Below are positions 1 through 8,750 of a stretch of DNA of 64,000 nt, piece after piece. How positions within the stretch are numbered: position 1 is the stretch's first letter; each line of letters starts with the position of its first letter. A program made the position numbers and the translations under genes. Source of the stretch: an uncultured virus (IMG/VR IMGVR_UViG_3300025617_001081). Lineage: Duplodnaviria; Heunggongvirae; Uroviricota; Caudoviricetes. A model generated the notes under the pieces. It searched no databases. It saw only the letters and a program-made list of their open reading frames with translations, and was not told the DNA's origin. The stretch lies in the IMG/VR virus record IMGVR_UViG_3300025617_001081. The stretch is one strand, 5' to 3'.

Positions 1-37
1 ATATGACAGGTACTACTTTTAGAGGCCGTAAAAAGAA

Positions 38-1342
38 ATGAAAATACGTGACCTTTACGAAGATGGAAGAATTGTAAAAGGAGTTAACACTACACCAGAT
101 GTTGACACAAATTCTATCTCTAAAGAAGCTGCTAAGTTTGGTAGTAAAGTAGACAAAGACGGACGTCCTCCTGTTATTAATTCTAAAGCTGCTAAAAATT
201 CTACTCCAAACAAACTTTCTAATTTAGGACTTTCCGAAAGTCGTTTTACTCCTATGGAAATGGCTATCATGGAAGGAGGGCATAGCCTAGAAGACTATGT
301 CACTGAAAGCGATTTACTAGTACAACAATACAGTACTCCTTCTTTATTAAAGTTTCTTAAAAAATTATCAGACTTACCAGTTGATATGCTTCTTAAAAAA
401 GCAATACACAAAGAACTACAAAAACGTGGTGTAACAACAGAAAATCTTGGCGAAATAACAAGAAGAGATTTCTTGAGAGGAGCAGGAGTTGCAGGAGCGG
501 CTGCCGCAACAGGGGCGAAAGTCGATGTTGCAAAAGCAGCGACTTCTGCCTCTGGTAAATTTGATCCGAAAACATTACAACCTGGCGAAAAATATTGGAA
601 GGTAGTTATTTCAGCACCCAAGTATGGACAGATTGTAAAGTACCACAGAATAGATAGTTTTAAAGACGTACAAGAAGTCTATAAGGTCTATAAGGATCTT
701 GTTGCAAAATACGATCTTGGATCTCACGATTTAGATGCATACAGGATGACAAGAGGCGGAAAAACAAATGAAAACTTTGCTGACGGTAAGAAATTTGTAG
801 AACCAGATTTTAATCGCGAATGGGAGGAAGCAGAACGCTATCCGGAGTTTGTAAATATTGGCAAAGAAGCGTGGATTGAACTTGCCAAGAAGGGTAAAGA
901 ATTTACTATTAAAAGTGCTAAAGGTATAAACAACACAGATGCCGCAGATCCAAATAGTTTTAAAACATTAGATCCAACAAAGCAGAAAAGAGCGTTAGCA
1001 CAACTTGAAAAAGGTTCAGTTGAAATGCCTATTGTTGCTGTCTACAGTGACGGATACAAAGAACTTATAGGCGGCAACACAAGACTCACCGCTATGATGG
1101 CAAAGGATGGTAAAGCAACTATATGGGCATTTAAAGTACCAGACGAAGTTGCTGAACTTGCAGAAAACTTTGCTGACGGTAAGGAAAAAGGGCCGAGCAA
1201 ACCAGGACGTTTTAAGAAGGCTGGTGTAAGTTGCAAAGGCAGTGTCACAAGTCTGCGTAAGAAGGCTAAAAATGCAAGTGGTGAAAGACAAAAAGGTTAT
1301 CACTTTTGTGCAAATATGAAGAGTGGTCGTAAAAAAGGTTAA
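38..1342 (+). CDS. Modular putative internal head protein with an internal Tat-like motif, a ParB/Srx-like domain and a basic C-terminal module
   Basis: 434 aa ORF. N-terminus MKIRDLYE; internal ITRRDFLRG; ParB-like MPIVAVYSDGYKELIGGNTRLTA; duplicated ENFADGK. Confidence 0.55.
   Translation: MKIRDLYEDGRIVKGVNTTPDVDTNSISKEAAKFGSKVDKDGRPPVINSKAAKNSTPNKLSNLGLSESRFTPMEMAIMEGGHSLEDYVTESDLLVQQYSTPSLLKFLKKLSDLPVDMLLKKAIHKELQKRGVTTENLGEITRRDFLRGAGVAGAAAATGAKVDVAKAATSASGKFDPKTLQPGEKYWKVVISAPKYGQIVKYHRIDSFKDVQEVYKVYKDLVAKYDLGSHDLDAYRMTRGGKTNENFADGKKFVEPDFNREWEEAERYPEFVNIGKEAWIELAKKGKEFTIKSAKGINNTDAADPNSFKTLDPTKQKRALAQLEKGSVEMPIVAVYSDGYKELIGGNTRLTAMMAKDGKATIWAFKVPDEVAELAENFADGKEKGPSKPGRFKKAGVSCKGSVTSLRKKAKNASGERQKGYHFCANMKSGRKKG
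770..1183 (+). repeat. 21-bp exact direct repeat GAAAACTTTGCTGACGGTAAG (770-790 and 1163-1183) flanking the ParB-like domain
   Basis: Both copies read directly from the sequence; both encode ENFADGK in frame. Confidence 0.9.
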
Positions 1343-1345
1343 ATA
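1340..1345 (+). promoter_or_regulatory. Late-type promoter TAAATA, 5 nt before the ATG (leaderless)
   Basis: TAAATA-ctact-ATG(1351); resembles the T4 late promoter TATAAATA; no SD sequence. Confidence 0.6.
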
Positions 1346-1350
1346 CTACT

Positions 1351-1719
1351 ATGAAGATGAAAGATTTACTTACAGAAGAATATGATGGCGGTAAAGGACC
1401 AGGCAGTGATTTCCGTGCTTACGATGAGCCAAAACAACGTAATAACTACGTTGTAAAGGTCGACGGCAAAAAATGGAAAGTGTTTGGTAGTAAACAAGCT
1501 GCTAACCGAGCTGCCTTTACTATCGAACAAAAATACGGTAAAAAGACAGAAGTATATGCCACTCTTGATCCAGTAAGCGAAAATAATGTTGATGAAATGA
1601 CATCAGGAAGTGTTGCTACCAGCATGCGTGGTGGTGGTAATGGTTTCAAGAATGGTGGCCTCGGTACATTAAGTCGTGCTCCAGGCAGTAAAAAGAACGC
1701 CAGAAGCAAAAAGAAATAA
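1351..1719 (+). CDS. Hypothetical protein, putative internal head protein
   Basis: 122 aa. N-terminus MKMKDLLTE; basic, Gly-rich tail. Confidence 0.6.
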   Translation: MKMKDLLTEEYDGGKGPGSDFRAYDEPKQRNNYVVKVDGKKWKVFGSKQAANRAAFTIEQKYGKKTEVYATLDPVSENNVDEMTSGSVATSMRGGGNGFKNGGLGTLSRAPGSKKNARSKKK

Positions 1720-1746
1720 ATATAGTATATAATGGAGTTGACAACA

Positions 1747-2145
1747 ATGTCTGACAAAAAGATTCAAGAAGGATTAGCAGATCTAGCACAACGTGCAGAA
1801 AGCGATCACGAAGTACAGATGGCTCGTGCTGATCTATACAAAATTGCAAAATATGCTATTAAACTACATGACATGCTTAAAGGCGTTTCAGAAGAGCAAG
1901 GACTAGAAGGCTGGCAACAAGCGAAGATTACAAAAGCCGCTGACTATATCGGATCAGTTTATCATAATCTAGACTACGACATGAAGTTTGGCGCTGGTGA
2001 AAACATGAGCGACGAAATGGCAGAAGGCAAGAGTCCTCACAAGAAAGGCACTAAAAATTATAAGAAGCACATGGCTGCCATGCATGCTGAAGATACATAT
2101 AAAGAAAGTCTTGCTGCTAAATTAGAATCAAAAAAAAAGAAGTAA
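1747..2145 (+). CDS. Hypothetical virion-associated protein; probable -1 frameshift extension to 2276
   Basis: ORF track gives 1732; the GGAG SD favours ATG 1747. Ends in an A9G run followed by an open -1 frame. Confidence 0.65.
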   Translation: MSDKKIQEGLADLAQRAESDHEVQMARADLYKIAKYAIKLHDMLKGVSEEQGLEGWQQAKITKAADYIGSVYHNLDYDMKFGAGENMSDEMAEGKSPHKKGTKNYKKHMAAMHAEDTYKESLAAKLESKKKK

Positions 2146-2272
2146 CTAGCGAAAAAGCACCTCCAGGTAGAGAAGACCAGGTCAAAAAATTAAAAGACAA
2201 GTTTGGCGATCCTGGAGCACCTTATGCTATTGCTTGGGCACAACACAACAAACACGGTAAACCTAAAAAGAA

Positions 2273-2692
2273 ATGAGAGAATACATTAAAATTGTAGAAG
2301 CGGCAAACAAAGGTTGCCCTATTGCTACACAAGACATTGATGTAAATCTTAAAAATCGTCAGACAGCAATTGACGACTATATGTACGGTCCTGCTAATCC
2401 TGAAAAGCCTGGCAATTACTGGAAAGACTATGCTAAAAAATGGGGCATAGACGAATCAACAGCAAAAACCATGCAGTGTAACAACTGTGCGGCTTTTGAC
2501 GTAAGTGACAAAATGTGGGCATGCATAGAGTCAGGAATACAAGGTGACGAAAAAGACGCTGACGCAATGGCTACAATACACAAAGCAGATCTTGGATATT
2601 GTAATTTTCTACATTTTAAATGTGCAGGTACACGTAGTTGTACAGCATGGGTGAGTGGCGGAGCATTGGACGACAAGGATCGCACAAAATGA
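2273..2692 (+). CDS. Cys-rich hypothetical phage protein
   Basis: 139 aa. CNNC and further Cys residues; N-terminus MREYIKIVE. Confidence 0.65.
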   Translation: MREYIKIVEAANKGCPIATQDIDVNLKNRQTAIDDYMYGPANPEKPGNYWKDYAKKWGIDESTAKTMQCNNCAAFDVSDKMWACIESGIQGDEKDADAMATIHKADLGYCNFLHFKCAGTRSCTAWVSGGALDDKDRTK

Positions 2693-3105
2693 AAAAATTA
2701 GATATAGAACAAGCAGAAAAAGTTCGTAAAAAATTTATTCCAGACTGGGAAATTCGAAAAGGCACTTACCTATTTAAAAAAATAGCACTTGATGATTACA
2801 ATCAATCTCTGCGTTTTATGATGTATCTAGAAAAACCACAAATAGAATTAGATCATTTTGCAGATTTTAAAAATTTCTACAATGAACTTACTATTGTTAT
2901 TACCACACATGATGTTAAAGGATTAACTGAACTTGATTTTGAACTAGCATTATACGTAGATGATGCAATTAAGAAAATGGGTGGTAGACAGATTGACGAA
3001 AACATAAGTGAAAAGTGGAGTGCAAAATACAAACGCTCAATCAACTGCTCCAATCCAAAAGGATTTTCACAAAAAGCACACTGTGCAGGACGTAAGAAAA
3101 AATGA
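2689..3105 (+). CDS. Pterin-4a-carbinolamine dehydratase (PhhB/PCD-like) fused to a basic Cys-containing C-terminal module
   Basis: LDHFADF...TTHDVKGLTELDFELA matches the PCD signature; ATG 2689 overlaps the upstream TGA. Confidence 0.75.
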   Translation: MKKLDIEQAEKVRKKFIPDWEIRKGTYLFKKIALDDYNQSLRFMMYLEKPQIELDHFADFKNFYNELTIVITTHDVKGLTELDFELALYVDDAIKKMGGRQIDENISEKWSAKYKRSINCSNPKGFSQKAHCAGRKKK

Positions 3106-3737
3106 AGTTACAGAAAACGGATGCGAAATTTGCTCGTAGCCCTTTTCTTACTACACCCATAGACTACGACAAACTGCAAACAATCCCACTAAAAGACTTT
3201 GACAAAGACGGATACGAAATAGATACCCCGTTAGAACTAGAACACTATGTACTGAACAATGTTGATGTACACCACAACATACAGTTTCATCATTCTACAG
3301 GTAAACCTTGGTATATAGATAAAGAAAATTCAGAACAAGGATTGATACTTGATCATACACAGATACTTACACGCTGGGCTTACAGTGGAGAAGCAAGAGA
3401 ACGTATCAAAGAAGTAGCACAATCTCGTCCTGTGTTAAACAAACTACTAGCAATAAAGCCCAAATGGGGTATTGACTTTAGTTTAGACTATGTAACACAT
3501 GATACATGTATGGAGGTGTTTCACATAGAAAAAGACGCAACGACCTACGAAGAGGCATTAGAATTGAAAGGCAAGGCAGAACAAATAATAGACAACACAG
3601 ACTGGGAAGGTGCAGTCAAAGATATCCTCAAACGACAGAACGAATGGAAAGATCTCTGTTCGGACGATCAATCTGATTGGAAGGCACGGTACTTTGGCTG
3701 GCATCGTGCTTTTGATTCTAAAAAAGTTTATTTTTAA
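3102..3737 (+). CDS. Hypothetical phage protein
   Basis: 211 aa ORF, ATGA-coupled to the upstream gene. Confidence 0.7.
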   Translation: MKLQKTDAKFARSPFLTTPIDYDKLQTIPLKDFDKDGYEIDTPLELEHYVLNNVDVHHNIQFHHSTGKPWYIDKENSEQGLILDHTQILTRWAYSGEARERIKEVAQSRPVLNKLLAIKPKWGIDFSLDYVTHDTCMEVFHIEKDATTYEEALELKGKAEQIIDNTDWEGAVKDILKRQNEWKDLCSDDQSDWKARYFGWHRAFDSKKVYF

Positions 3738-3738
3738 C

Positions 3739-3767
3739 TTGACATTCAACATATAATCAACTATACT
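3739..3767 (+). promoter_or_regulatory. Sigma70-type (early) promoter
   Basis: TTGACA-17 nt-TATACT; AAGGAG SD downstream. Confidence 0.85.
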
Positions 3768-3792
3768 TAATACACTAATAAAGGAGTAATCT

Positions 3793-4053
3793 ATGAGTGA
3801 CCGTGTCTACGGACCTGAAGAAAAAGCAAAATTAGAAAGACTGGTTCGCGAAGGCGTAACTGTACTGCAAGAAGTTGAAGATCTACAAACTGGTCTCAAA
3901 GATACTGTAAAAGCAATTGCAGAAGAACTTGATGTTAAGCCTGCTCTTATCAATAAAGCAATTAAAGTTGCTAAAAATCGTGATTGGGATAATCATAATT
4001 CAGACTTTGAAGATTTAGAAGCAATTGTTACCCTTCTAGGGTACGACAAGTAA
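3793..4053 (+). CDS. T4 DsbA-like double-stranded DNA-binding protein
   Basis: 86 aa helical protein, LKDTVKAIAEELDVKPALINKAIKVA pattern; strong SD. Confidence 0.65.
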   Translation: MSDRVYGPEEKAKLERLVREGVTVLQEVEDLQTGLKDTVKAIAEELDVKPALINKAIKVAKNRDWDNHNSDFEDLEAIVTLLGYDK

Positions 4054-4334
4054 TGCAAAATGTCAAAGATTTTTGGATAAACAGTTATCGTAGTGATAAT
4101 ATAGCATTTGGCTTTGAACTAGTAAGTTTTGTGTTTACTGTAGCTGCTAGTTTGTATCTTGCCATTAATGCTGCAGAGCCTGATATGAAATATGTTTATC
4201 CAGGATTTTTGATTGGTGCTCTTGCAGGCGCATATGGATATTATCGCAGAGGACTAGCATGGCCAATGATGCTAACAACATATTTTACTGTTATTAATGT
4301 ATTTGGATTTGGAAGAGCAATAGGATGGTATTAG
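4053..4334 (+). CDS. Small membrane protein (about 3 TM helices)
   Basis: 93 aa with hydrophobic segments; coupled to the upstream stop. Confidence 0.7.
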   Translation: MQNVKDFWINSYRSDNIAFGFELVSFVFTVAASLYLAINAAEPDMKYVYPGFLIGALAGAYGYYRRGLAWPMMLTTYFTVINVFGFGRAIGWY

Positions 4335-4534
4335 ATTTTCTTAAATGGTGTGCAACTGCCACGCTTATTCTAGGATTTGGTCTATTCAGTGCAGGTATAG
4401 AATATGGCTGGTATCTACAAATAGGAGGCGGAGTTATGTGGTTAATTGCAAGTATAATTATGAAAGATAACCCTCTTATTGCTACTAATGGATTTATGAC
4501 TACAGCAGGTATAATAGGAAAAATGTTTGCATGA
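4325..4534 (+). CDS. Small membrane protein
   Basis: 69 aa, almost entirely hydrophobic. Confidence 0.65.
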   Translation: MVLDFLKWCATATLILGFGLFSAGIEYGWYLQIGGGVMWLIASIIMKDNPLIATNGFMTTAGIIGKMFA

Positions 4535-5097
4535 ATATTTTAGTTTGCGGTGATAGTTTTGCCGCAAACTGGCTAGGTGAATATCCAGGCTGGTGTAAAA
4601 TTTTAGAGCAAGATCATAATATTGTTAATAGAGCACAAGCAGGTGTAGGCGAATATAAAATATTAAAACAAGTTGAACAAGGTGTAGACTTTGACTTTAT
4701 TATAGTAAGTCATACCAGTCCTTATCGTGTACACACAAACAACAGTATACACAACACAGATTTGCATCAAAATTGCGATTTACTTTACAACGATGTAACA
4801 GATAAATGTGGATTTATAAACAAAAAAGTACGTTCAGCAAAACTTTGGTTTGAAACACACTACGATGAAGACTATCAATGGGATATTTACAAGTTGTTTA
4901 GAAATAAAATAAACGAGTTATTAAAAGATAAAAATTACCTGAGCATATCGCACTTGCCTTGTATTAGTAACTTTGTTTTGGAACGTCAACACTTAGATTG
5001 TAGTACACACTGGAATAATAACAAAGGCTTTGTCAATCATTATAGTCAATATGGTAATGAAAAACTTGCTTCAATACTTAAAACGTATATAAGTTAA
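4531..5097 (+). CDS. SGNH/GDSL hydrolase-like protein
   Basis: N-terminal GDSF, G-x-G block, C-terminal NHY...GN. Confidence 0.6.
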   Translation: MNILVCGDSFAANWLGEYPGWCKILEQDHNIVNRAQAGVGEYKILKQVEQGVDFDFIIVSHTSPYRVHTNNSIHNTDLHQNCDLLYNDVTDKCGFINKKVRSAKLWFETHYDEDYQWDIYKLFRNKINELLKDKNYLSISHLPCISNFVLERQHLDCSTHWNNNKGFVNHYSQYGNEKLASILKTYIS

Positions 5098-5111
5098 GGT
5101 GATATATACAA

Positions 5112-5170
5112 TACGCCAATGCAAGAGCAGGCATGTAGAAGGTAGTTCAGCCATAAATGAACATAGGAGA
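5112..5170 (+). promoter_or_regulatory. Structured leader of the DNA polymerase gene; candidate translational operator
   Basis: Hairpin GTTCA-GCCATAAA-TGAAC (5145-5162) just before the AGGAGA SD; second imperfect hairpin at 5112-5137. Confidence 0.55.
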
Positions 5171-5175
5171 AAATA

Positions 5176-7848
5176 TTGAGTTACGTAGACGCTTTCTTTG
5201 ATCGCGATCAAGATATCATCCGTGCGGTAGAACGCCGTGATGGTAAGAGAATATACAACGAGTATCAAGCAAAATATACTTTTTACTTTGAAGACCCTAA
5301 AGGAAAGTACAAAAGTGTGTACGGTGATCCACTAACACGCATCGTATGTAAAAATACCAAAGACTTCCGCAAAGAACTTGCCATTAACAAAGGCAAGAAT
5401 ATGTTTGAAAGTGACATTAATCCTATCTTCCAGTGTTTAAGTGAGAACTATCTTAATCAAGATGCTCCTAAACTAAACATTGCGTTCTTCGATATTGAGA
5501 CGGACTTTGATCCAGAGCGAGGCTTTGCTGATCCTAGTGATCCGTTTATGGGCATTACTTCTATCTCTGTATATTTGCAGTGGTTAGAAACAATGATATG
5601 TCTTGCAGTTCCGCCTAAGACGCTTACTATGGAACAGGCTCAACAAGAGATTGAAGGCATTGATAATGTAATGTTATTCGATAAAGAAGGAGATATGTTA
5701 AACACTTTCCTCGACCTTATTGAAGACGCTGACATATTATCAGGTTGGAACAGTGAAGGATATGATATTCCATATACTGTAAATCGTGTTAGTCGTGTAT
5801 TGAGCAAAGACGACACAAGACGTTTTTGTCTCTGGGGGCAACTGCCTAAGAAGCGTGAATATGAAAAATACGGGAAGCAAGCAGTTACATTTGACCTTGT
5901 AGGTCGTGTACATTTAGACAGTTTAGAATTGTATCGTAAATACACGTATGAAGAACGGCATTCATATCGATTAGATGCTATTGGTGAAATCGAAGTAGGT
6001 GAAAACAAAGTGCCATATGAAGGCACACTGGATCAACTATATAACAACGACTTCCGCAAGTTTATCGAATACAATATTCAAGATACTGCACTTCTAGATA
6101 AACTTGACAAGAAACTCCGCTTCATTGATTTAAGTAACACTATTGCTCATGAAAATACTGTATTGCTTCAGACTACAATGGGTGCTGTTGCAGTTACTGA
6201 GCAAGGTATTATTAACGAAGCACATCATAGAGGACTTCAAGTTCCCAATCGTCCAAAGCGAGACGATACAGAAAATACACAAGCCGCAGGAGCTTATGTA
6301 GCATTTCCTAAAAAAGGATTACACAAGTGGATCGGTTCAATGGACTTGAACTCACTGTATCCTTCGGTGATTCGTGCATTGAATATGGCTCCAGAGACTA
6401 TCGTAGGACAGATTCGACCTGAGATAACAGAAAGCCGCATCAAAGAAGATATTACGCTTAAAAAGAAAAGTTTTGCAGGTTCGTGGGAAGGACGCTTCGG
6501 TACAGAAGAATACGAAGCAGTAATGTCGCAACGCAAAGACATTCCTTTGACCATTGACTGGGAGGACGGACGCAGTGACACACTCAGCGGTGCAGAGATT
6601 TATCAACTTATATTTGATAGTCAGATGCCGTGGATGTTGAGTGCTAATGGTACAATCTTTACTACAGAGTTTGAAGGTGTTATTCCGGGTATTCTAAAGC
6701 GTTGGTATGCAGAGCGTAAAGAACTACAAAAGAAACTTAAAAAAGCCAAAGATGCTGAAAACAAGGCAGAGATTGAGTATTGGGACAAACGACAGCTGGT
6801 TAAAAAGATTAACTTGAACAGTTTGTATGGTGCTATTCTTAATCCTGGTTGTAGATTCTTCGATAAACGTATCGGACAGTCAACTACATTAACAGGTAGA
6901 CAGATTGTTAAACACATGAGTGCTGAAGTGAATAACACTATTGCTGGTGAATACGATCACGTAGGCAAAGCAGTTATCTACGGCGACACTGACTCTGTTT
7001 ACTTCTCTGCTTGGCCTATAGTAAAAGACGATGTAGAAGCAGGGCGTTTAGAGTGGACCGCAGAGAAAGCTATTGCACTTTATGATCAAGTCTGCGAACA
7101 AGTAGACAGCACATTCCAAGACTTTATGGCACGAGCATTTCATTGTCCTAAGACACGAAGTGATGTTATCGCGGCAGGTAGAGAGATCGTTGCTAAGAGC
7201 GGCTTGTATATTACTAAGAAGCGTTATGCGGCACTAGTAGTTGATAACGAAGGTTTTAGAACAGATGTAGATGGCAAGCCGGGCAAAGTAAAAGCAATGG
7301 GTCTTGACTTGAGGCGTTCAGATACTCCTGTATTCATGCAAGAATTCTTAAGTGAAATCCTGCTCATGGTGTTGCAGGATGCAGAAGAAAAAGATGTACT
7401 AGAGCGTATTACAACATTCCGCAAAGAGTTTGAAGAAATGCCTGGTTGGGAGAAAGGTTCGCCTAAACGTGCAAACAAGATTGGACACTACCAGAAAGAA
7501 GAACAGAAAAAAGGCAAAGCAAATATGCCTGGACACGTTCGTGCTTCAATCAACTGGAACACACTAAAACGTATGAACGGTGACAAGTACTCGCAAGAGA
7601 TTGTAGATGGTATGAAGGTTATTGTTTGTAAACTAAAACAAAATCCGTTAGGTTATACAAGTGTTGCGTATCCTACAGACGAACTAAGATTGCCAGAGTG
7701 GTTCAAAGAATTACCTTTCGATGATGCGGCAATGGCGGAAACTATTATTGATAACAAACTAGACAATTTGATTGGTGTACTTGATTATGACTTAGAAGAT
7801 ACTAAACAACACAACACCTTCAATAGTTTGTTTGACTTTGGAGAATAA
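5176..7848 (+). CDS. Family B DNA polymerase (T4 gp43-like)
   Basis: 890 aa, TTG start with SD. Exonuclease DIET; DLNSLYPS; KINLNSLYG; YGDTDS; KKRY. Confidence 0.97.
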   Translation: MSYVDAFFDRDQDIIRAVERRDGKRIYNEYQAKYTFYFEDPKGKYKSVYGDPLTRIVCKNTKDFRKELAINKGKNMFESDINPIFQCLSENYLNQDAPKLNIAFFDIETDFDPERGFADPSDPFMGITSISVYLQWLETMICLAVPPKTLTMEQAQQEIEGIDNVMLFDKEGDMLNTFLDLIEDADILSGWNSEGYDIPYTVNRVSRVLSKDDTRRFCLWGQLPKKREYEKYGKQAVTFDLVGRVHLDSLELYRKYTYEERHSYRLDAIGEIEVGENKVPYEGTLDQLYNNDFRKFIEYNIQDTALLDKLDKKLRFIDLSNTIAHENTVLLQTTMGAVAVTEQGIINEAHHRGLQVPNRPKRDDTENTQAAGAYVAFPKKGLHKWIGSMDLNSLYPSVIRALNMAPETIVGQIRPEITESRIKEDITLKKKSFAGSWEGRFGTEEYEAVMSQRKDIPLTIDWEDGRSDTLSGAEIYQLIFDSQMPWMLSANGTIFTTEFEGVIPGILKRWYAERKELQKKLKKAKDAENKAEIEYWDKRQLVKKINLNSLYGAILNPGCRFFDKRIGQSTTLTGRQIVKHMSAEVNNTIAGEYDHVGKAVIYGDTDSVYFSAWPIVKDDVEAGRLEWTAEKAIALYDQVCEQVDSTFQDFMARAFHCPKTRSDVIAAGREIVAKSGLYITKKRYAALVVDNEGFRTDVDGKPGKVKAMGLDLRRSDTPVFMQEFLSEILLMVLQDAEEKDVLERITTFRKEFEEMPGWEKGSPKRANKIGHYQKEEQKKGKANMPGHVRASINWNTLKRMNGDKYSQEIVDGMKVIVCKLKQNPLGYTSVAYPTDELRLPEWFKELPFDDAAMAETIIDNKLDNLIGVLDYDLEDTKQHNTFNSLFDFGE

Positions 7849-7849
7849 A

Positions 7850-7981
7850 ATGAAGATCGAATTAAAGGTAGAACTAGACACTGAAAAAGAAAAAGACGAA
7901 ACTCTACTTAAACAACTTGTTGCCTTATTAGAAGGTTATAATGAAGACAGTTTTGACAACGAAGAGCTTGACAAAACCTAA
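7850..7981 (+). CDS. Small acidic hypothetical protein (43 aa, not in the ORF track)
   Basis: GGAG SD; MKIELKVELDTEKEKDETLLKQLVALLEGYNEDSFDNEELDKT fills the gap between polymerase and clamp. Confidence 0.6.
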   Translation: MKIELKVELDTEKEKDETLLKQLVALLEGYNEDSFDNEELDKT

Positions 7982-7996
7982 ATAATATCATATACT
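7968..7996 (+). promoter_or_regulatory. Sigma70-type promoter with an embedded TAAATA
   Basis: TTGACA-17 nt-TATACT; the spacer contains CCTAAATA. Confidence 0.85.
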
Positions 7997-8018
7997 TACA
8001 TAAACTATGGAGAATAAC

Positions 8019-8747
8019 ATGAAAGACATCTTGCAAGATATTGTTGCACACACTCACGCACTGGGCTTTCTTAGTCTGGTCAAAGTAAACGCTGAAGAAG
8101 GCACTACTGTAGAAAGTATGGCTGAAGATCGTTCAGTAATTCTAAGTGCATCTGCACATGCACCTGTTGCAGAGTTTAAAGGCGTGTTTGGTATGCCTAA
8201 CTTAGATAAACTAGCACTACACTTAAAAAATCCTGAGTATAAGGATTCTGCAAAGATTGATGTTGTAGAAGCAGAACGCAATGGCGAAACTATTCCTACA
8301 CATATTCACTTTGAAAATGCTGCAGGAGATTTCCAGAATGACTATCGCTTTATGAACAAAGCAATCATTGAAGAAAAACTTAAAACTGTTAAGTTTAAAG
8401 GTGCAAGCTGGAATGTAACCTTTTCACCGAGTATGGCAAGTATTGCACGTATGAAACTTATGAGTGCGGCGCATAGCGAAGAGCCTACATTTAATGTTAC
8501 AACAAAAGACAGTAACTTAGTGTTCAGTTTTGGTGATGCAAGCACACACGCAGGTGAGTTTGTATTTGAACACGGTGTAGAAGGTACGCTACAACATACT
8601 TGGAGTTGGCCTGTTGCACAAGTACAAGCAATCTTAAACTTAGATGGCGATGCTACAATGAGTATTTCAGATCAAGGTGCTATGCAGATTAGTGTAGACA
8701 GTGGAATGGTAAAATACGATTATATTCTTCCAGCACAGAGCAAGTAG
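8019..8747 (+). CDS. Sliding clamp (gp45-like DNA polymerase processivity factor)
   Basis: About 242 aa, follows the polymerase, two-domain clamp-like alpha/beta pattern ending YDYILPAQ; GGAG SD favours ATG 8019. Confidence 0.7.
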   Translation: MKDILQDIVAHTHALGFLSLVKVNAEEGTTVESMAEDRSVILSASAHAPVAEFKGVFGMPNLDKLALHLKNPEYKDSAKIDVVEAERNGETIPTHIHFENAAGDFQNDYRFMNKAIIEEKLKTVKFKGASWNVTFSPSMASIARMKLMSAAHSEEPTFNVTTKDSNLVFSFGDASTHAGEFVFEHGVEGTLQHTWSWPVAQVQAILNLDGDATMSISDQGAMQISVDSGMVKYDYILPAQSK

Positions 8748-8750
8748 ATC

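Noticed and set aside
5176..7848. Intein or intron in the DNA polymerase
   Set aside because: Continuous 890 aa ORF of normal size, with no splicing or homing-endonuclease motifs
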